IMG/VR virus record: IMGVR_UViG_2061766007_000307
From: an uncultured virus (IMG/VR IMGVR_UViG_2061766007_000307)
Taxonomy: Duplodnaviria; Heunggongvirae; Uroviricota; Caudoviricetes
Length of the DNA stretch: 20,273 nt
Strand: one strand, 5' to 3'
The notes under the pieces are model-generated. The model did not search any database. It had not been told where the DNA came from and worked only from the letters and a program-made list of their open reading frames with translations. This document shows, piece after piece, positions 16,453 through 20,273 of this stretch. A program made the translations under genes and the position numbers. The number at the start of each line of letters is the position of its first letter. Within the stretch, counting starts at the first letter, position 1.

Positions 16453-17397
16453 ATGGCAAAACGCGTAAAAAACTTTATTCCCAATTCATCTGCGAATCAG
16501 GTGAAAGCTAAGGTCATGGGAAAGCTAAAGTCTAAGTCACCATTTCCTGAGATGACTAAAAAAGAGCTTGAAGCATCAATGCTCGAGGTATGCAACGTAC
16601 AGGAGAATTTCCCTAAGATCGAGAAGCTTCTGTTCAAACTTACAAACATTGCTCCTGCAGAGAACACTATCGATTCACGTTTGAGATGTGCTTTCACTAG
16701 TGCCAATGCAAAATCAATGACAAAAGTGACTCCGAGACAGATGAGCACAGTCAAAGAGCTTATCGAATGCAAGTTCAATCTTGTGATGTGCTATCCTATG
16801 GATCTGTTGGCTAAGAACATCAAGGAGCTTACAGATGAAGAGTTCGCTGAGATGTATAAGAAGCCAGATGCCAGCGATGCAGAAGAGATCATTAAAGCCA
16901 ACACAATAGCCAACCTTGATTCGTTCAGAGCATATGGCCGCTTCACTAGAGAAGGTAAGAAATGGCCTGATCACTATGACGCTGAATATACAATGTGCGG
17001 CATGGCAGATGAGCTTGTAGAGTTTGCACAGGCATCAGAAGAAGAGAAATCTCATGAATTGGGAGATGTTCTTTGGTACTTTATGGCAATATGCGAGTTC
17101 TGGGACGCAACTAACGACAATATCAAGGCTATTGTAGATGCTGCACAGTCAACGGACCTTTCGAAGGATTACGATTACACTAAAGCGTTCCATAAGTTTG
17201 TCAAGCTTATGCGTGACGAACCTTCTAAGGTAGGTGATTTCGACGTCATCACTCCTATGATGTCTGACGTATTCTGTACACTTGTAAAGTATGCTGGCAG
17301 CATAGACGCTCTTACAGAGGTCGCACTTGAGAACATTGCAAAGATCCGTGATCGTATTGCACGAGGTGTTGTTCGTGGAAGCGGCGACAATCGCTAA
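16453..17397 (+). CDS. mazG: MazG-like nucleotide pyrophosphohydrolase with unknown N-terminal domain
   Basis: GMADELVE, ELGDVLWY and the terminal N..K...R..RGV..GSGDNR typical of phage MazG-like proteins. Confidence 0.85.
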   Translation: MAKRVKNFIPNSSANQVKAKVMGKLKSKSPFPEMTKKELEASMLEVCNVQENFPKIEKLLFKLTNIAPAENTIDSRLRCAFTSANAKSMTKVTPRQMSTVKELIECKFNLVMCYPMDLLAKNIKELTDEEFAEMYKKPDASDAEEIIKANTIANLDSFRAYGRFTREGKKWPDHYDAEYTMCGMADELVEFAQASEEEKSHELGDVLWYFMAICEFWDATNDNIKAIVDAAQSTDLSKDYDYTKAFHKFVKLMRDEPSKVGDFDVITPMMSDVFCTLVKYAGSIDALTEVALENIAKIRDRIARGVVRGSGDNR

Positions 17398-17414
17398 CAT
17401 TTAATTCATTAAAA

Positions 17415-18365
17415 ATGAAAGAGTTACTAATAACAAAACATAAGCCTGAAGCGCTTACTGAATCATTTTGGCCAGATTCTGCCCTAAAGTCTCTGACAAG
17501 TACTTCTCATAATCTTGTGATAGGACCTCCAGGAACAGGAAAGTCTTCTACTATCCAGGCTTATTTGAAAGAGAATGGTTTCTCTTTCATTTATCTGAAT
17601 GGATCAGACGCTAGAGGATTGGATGCTGTCCGCAATACAATCCAGACATTTATAGATTACGATACAGTAGGCGGCAGCGAAAACAGAGCAGTGCTTATTG
17701 ACGAGATCGACGGCTTCACTCCTGCAGCGTTCAATGCCTTGCGAAGCGTAATGGAACATGCGAATGGTGTCAGATTCTTCGCTACAGCTAACAATGGAAG
17801 AGTTATTCCTGCGCCTATCAAGTCCAGATTCAATGTGACTGAGATAGATGTCAACAATAATGAATTCAAGCAGAAGTGGATTCTCCGTATCCAGAAGATT
17901 CTTGAAATGGAGGACATAGCTTTCAACAAAGACGATAAATTCGCGCTAGCTCTGAAAGCTATATACCCAGATTTCCGTAAAGCATGCACATTGGTCAGCC
18001 AAGCTATCACTAATGATAACGTATTGGATACTGCAGTGCTAAGCCAATTAGCCAACAAGAATGATGTAGTTACAGATGAGGAAGCTACATTCAAATGGCT
18101 TATGGGCAGCACTCCAGACAATATATATCACACATTGCGAAGCCTGAGTTCTTATAATGAGATCATGCAGACATTCGCATCTCCATTTATCAATTGGCTG
18201 CAGTCTAAATATGACGCACATAAATGGAGTGAGGTAGCTTTCAAGATAAGCGCATCATACAGCCAATATATGTCTCAGTTCCAGACATGTCCAGACCAGC
18301 TGCTTGTCACTTACGCATATCTTCTGAGCATCAGAGCTATCGCCCTCAATGCTGCATCTAAGTAG
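17415..18365 (+). CDS. Clamp loader ATPase subunit (T4 gp44/RFC small subunit-like)
   Basis: KHKP, Walker A GPPGTGKS, LNGSDARG, Walker B VLIDEID, NALRSVME, TAN and the arginine finger KSRF. Confidence 0.92.
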   Translation: MKELLITKHKPEALTESFWPDSALKSLTSTSHNLVIGPPGTGKSSTIQAYLKENGFSFIYLNGSDARGLDAVRNTIQTFIDYDTVGGSENRAVLIDEIDGFTPAAFNALRSVMEHANGVRFFATANNGRVIPAPIKSRFNVTEIDVNNNEFKQKWILRIQKILEMEDIAFNKDDKFALALKAIYPDFRKACTLVSQAITNDNVLDTAVLSQLANKNDVVTDEEATFKWLMGSTPDNIYHTLRSLSSYNEIMQTFASPFINWLQSKYDAHKWSEVAFKISASYSQYMSQFQTCPDQLLVTYAYLLSIRAIALNAASK

Positions 18366-18409
18366 AAATAGCTTTGATTGTTGCTATATATCTCTCGTAT
18401 AAGAGATCT

Positions 18410-18449
18410 TCAGCATAGGCTTGATATATTTTAAGTCTATGCTGATTTT
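18410..18449 (+). terminator. Intrinsic terminator
   Basis: TCAGCATAGGCTT pairs with AAGTCTATGCTGA, followed by TTTT. Confidence 0.75.
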
Positions 18450-18470
18450 CTTTGTTAAAAATAAGGTTTT

Positions 18471-18477
18471 GTAAATA
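18471..18477 (+). promoter_or_regulatory. GTAAATA motif
   Basis: 29 nt upstream of the ATG at 18507. Confidence 0.55.
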
Positions 18478-18506
18478 AGACATCTATTCAATTCAGAGTA
18501 TTCGAC

Positions 18507-18977
18507 ATGATTATTTTATGCATGAGAGGAATGCCTAAGAGCACTGCAGTTTCAGTAGAGAAAGGCATCATAGGCTATGATATGGAAGTCAGCCGCAGAA
18601 TGGTCAGGATCGCAAAAGATCCTTTATGGACATTGATGTATGTGGATTCTTTATTATCTATGGATCGACAAGGATTCATTGTCTTAGGAGATATCAACAC
18701 GCATGTCATTAAAGGAATGGATTCTGAATGGATCGATTATAAGATCATCATCCCTGATATCTCATTGAAGAAGACATGGTTTGAAATGATTGCTGCTGAA
18801 GTCAAGAAGAACCCTCGGGCGGCCGCGCTTGAGAGCATGATCACACTTAGCAAGGAATACGATGATATATTCAGAAGCCTCAAAGATAGAGACAATACAA
18901 TTATCATAAAGGATATGGATTTCTCTTTAGAAAACATCATTGAGGATATTAAGAAAGGATCATCTATAAGTAAATGA
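18507..18977 (+). CDS. Hypothetical protein, possibly a degenerate P-loop kinase fold
   Basis: N-terminal IILCMRGMPKST resembles an eroded Walker A; IIIPDISLK..W follows. Confidence 0.6.
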   Translation: MIILCMRGMPKSTAVSVEKGIIGYDMEVSRRMVRIAKDPLWTLMYVDSLLSMDRQGFIVLGDINTHVIKGMDSEWIDYKIIIPDISLKKTWFEMIAAEVKKNPRAAALESMITLSKEYDDIFRSLKDRDNTIIIKDMDFSLENIIEDIKKGSSISK

Positions 18978-18993
18978 CATATATGAAATCAGA

Positions 18994-19794
18994 ATGCGCA
19001 TGAGAAAACACAGGTTCATCATTATAGGGATAATCCTAATGTGTGTAATATTATTATGCGCGATTGCAGCTAAAGCCTCATGCAAGCCCATAGATGAAGC
19101 AAGTTCTGAAAGCATCTCATGCAGAGCTCATACAGGATGGGTGCCTCTTCCTATCATGGAATGTCGTGAAGACAATGAGATTGTCGAACATGAGTACTAT
19201 ACTTTGAGCTATAATGAGACACATGAACAACCTAATTGGGTATGGTATGTTGTCACAAGAGATATGGTGAATGGGCCTGCCCAAAGAGAAAGTGCATTCA
19301 TGGAAGACCCTTCAGTATCTACTGGAAGTGCTGTTCCTGCAGATTATAAGAAATCCGGTTTCGATAGAGGCCATCTGTGCCCAGCTGCTGATATGCGTTT
19401 GGATAACAAATGTATGAAAGAGACTTTCTATATGTCCAATATATCTCCGCAGCTCCATCAGTTCAATGCTGGCATTTGGCTTGATCTGGAGAATTATGTA
19501 AGAGAGCTTGCTGACAGATATGATTCTCTATATGTTGTGACTGGACCCGTCTTGAAAGATGGTCTGCCATACATCAAAGGAAAGTATAACAAAATATCGG
19601 TACCTGAAGAGTTCTACAAGATAGTGTATTCTGAAAAGTATGGATGGATGCAGGGATATATCATACCCCATGAGACAACGTACAAGAATAAGAAGGAACT
19701 GTTCATGTACAAAGTCCCAGTAGACTCTATAGAGTCGATCACTCATATAGATTTCTTCAGAGGAGTTGTTGACGAAGACTTTCTGGAACAATAA
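18994..19794 (+). CDS. DNA/RNA non-specific endonuclease (NucA/EndoG family) with N-terminal signal or anchor
   Basis: PNWV.Y, DRGHLCPAAD, TFYMSNISPQ..QFNAGIW..LE, VVTGP and VPEEFYK motifs; basic then hydrophobic N-terminus. Confidence 0.95.
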   Translation: MRMRKHRFIIIGIILMCVILLCAIAAKASCKPIDEASSESISCRAHTGWVPLPIMECREDNEIVEHEYYTLSYNETHEQPNWVWYVVTRDMVNGPAQRESAFMEDPSVSTGSAVPADYKKSGFDRGHLCPAADMRLDNKCMKETFYMSNISPQLHQFNAGIWLDLENYVRELADRYDSLYVVTGPVLKDGLPYIKGKYNKISVPEEFYKIVYSEKYGWMQGYIIPHETTYKNKKELFMYKVPVDSIESITHIDFFRGVVDEDFLEQ

Positions 19795-19924
19795 TGCATC
19801 TTTTTGCACTGTAGGCATTTGAAATTCTGTATGGATTGCATTTTATGTGCATGATTTTTGAAAAATATTGAAAATAATATGCATTTTTATGCTGTAAATC
19901 GCGCTTATAGTTTGTCTTGTGGTT

Positions 19925-19931
19925 GTAAATA
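19925..19931 (+). promoter_or_regulatory. GTAAATA motif
   Basis: 23 nt upstream of the small-ORF ATG at 19955. Confidence 0.5.
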
Positions 19932-19954
19932 CTACATAATTGATATATAAAACA

Positions 19955-20077
19955 ATGAAGAAGTTTTTTGCATACTTTATAAACACTGACGCGGAACATA
20001 ATTTGTTCCACGCGAATAATGATGCAAACTTCGCAGCACCGAGCAAATATATCACTCACAAGCGTTACTTTGGATAA
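19955..20077 (+). CDS. Unannotated 40-aa peptide, possible leader peptide
   Basis: MKKFFAYFINTDAEHNLFHANNDANFAAPSKYITHKRYFG*, with start context ATATAAAACA-ATG, a promoter motif upstream and a terminator downstream. Confidence 0.55.
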   Translation: MKKFFAYFINTDAEHNLFHANNDANFAAPSKYITHKRYFG

Positions 20078-20108
20078 TCAATGATGTTATATAATATGTA
20101 ATATATTG

Positions 20109-20136
20109 AGGTAACGCTAACAACGTTACCTTTTTT
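20109..20136 (+). terminator. Intrinsic terminator with a competing antiterminator
   Basis: AGGTAACG-CTAACAA-CGTTACCT followed by TTTTT. Confidence 0.75.
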
Positions 20137-20273
20137 ATTTATATGTGGTACACATAGAGGAATCCTGGTGATTATATTATTGTAAATATAAAATCATTAT
20201 TGTATATTTACAACGTTGATAATCAACATCGGCTGGAACGGTCGATTATACGGAGGGAGGGTCTAATAAGACG

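Noticed and set aside
19986..20017. Hammerhead-like CTGACG-stem-CGAAT
   Set aside because: The core deviates from CUGANGA/GAAA and I find no stems I or III. Only the GGAACA/TGTTCC hairpin is supported.
20012..20041. ANNDANFAA resembles a tmRNA tag peptide
   Set aside because: It is not followed by a stop, and no tRNA-like tmRNA ends are visible.
173..20059. Many short antisense or overlapping ORFs in the track (for example 10676..11185, 13256..13735, 17657..18121, 19757..20059)
   Set aside because: They are shadows of real genes on the other strand or frame, with no motifs or start context.
20230..20265. Resemblance to the RNase P RNA 5' end
   Set aside because: The conserved GAGGAAAGUCC is not matched (GAGGGAGGGTCT) and the region is truncated.
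1..20273. Genome-wide stop-codon reassignment (TAG=Gln or TGA=Trp) as in some Bacteroidota phages
   Set aside because: Long genes are intact under code 11, and TAG, TGA and TAA all end plausible full-length proteins.
1..20273. CRISPR array, IS element, homing endonuclease or IntN partner
   Set aside because: No spaced direct repeats, transposase, LAGLIDADG, GIY-YIG or HNH motifs, and no intein block A/B seen. The DRGH nuclease is NucA-type, not homing.

Overview
A gene-dense, AT-rich segment of a large T4-like (probably jumbo) myophage. The host is likely a Bacteroidota member: starts are A-rich without Shine-Dalgarno, the promoters are TAnnTTT-like, and the HPRT and paralog families look Bacteroidales-type. 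The standard code fits. The window holds a 5'-truncated protein with AEP/replicase-like motifs, a radical SAM protein, two metallophosphoesterases, HPRT, a divergent ribosomal S1-like protein, gp26/gp51-like baseplate hub genes, a gp19-like tail tube, a holin candidate, a large virion protein, MazG, a gp44-like clamp loader and a signal-anchored NucA-type nuclease. The main finding is at 8602..9288: a stand-alone gene made of a 37-aa split-intein C-fragment fused to the C-terminal part of RecA/UvsX, with no N-half in the window. This implies a recombinase assembled by protein trans-splicing. Also noted are an unannotated 40-aa ORF overlapping a terminator/antiterminator switch, two recurring promoter motifs, and an ORF apparently broken by an in-frame ochre stop. 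All family calls come from motif recognition by eye; no searches were run.
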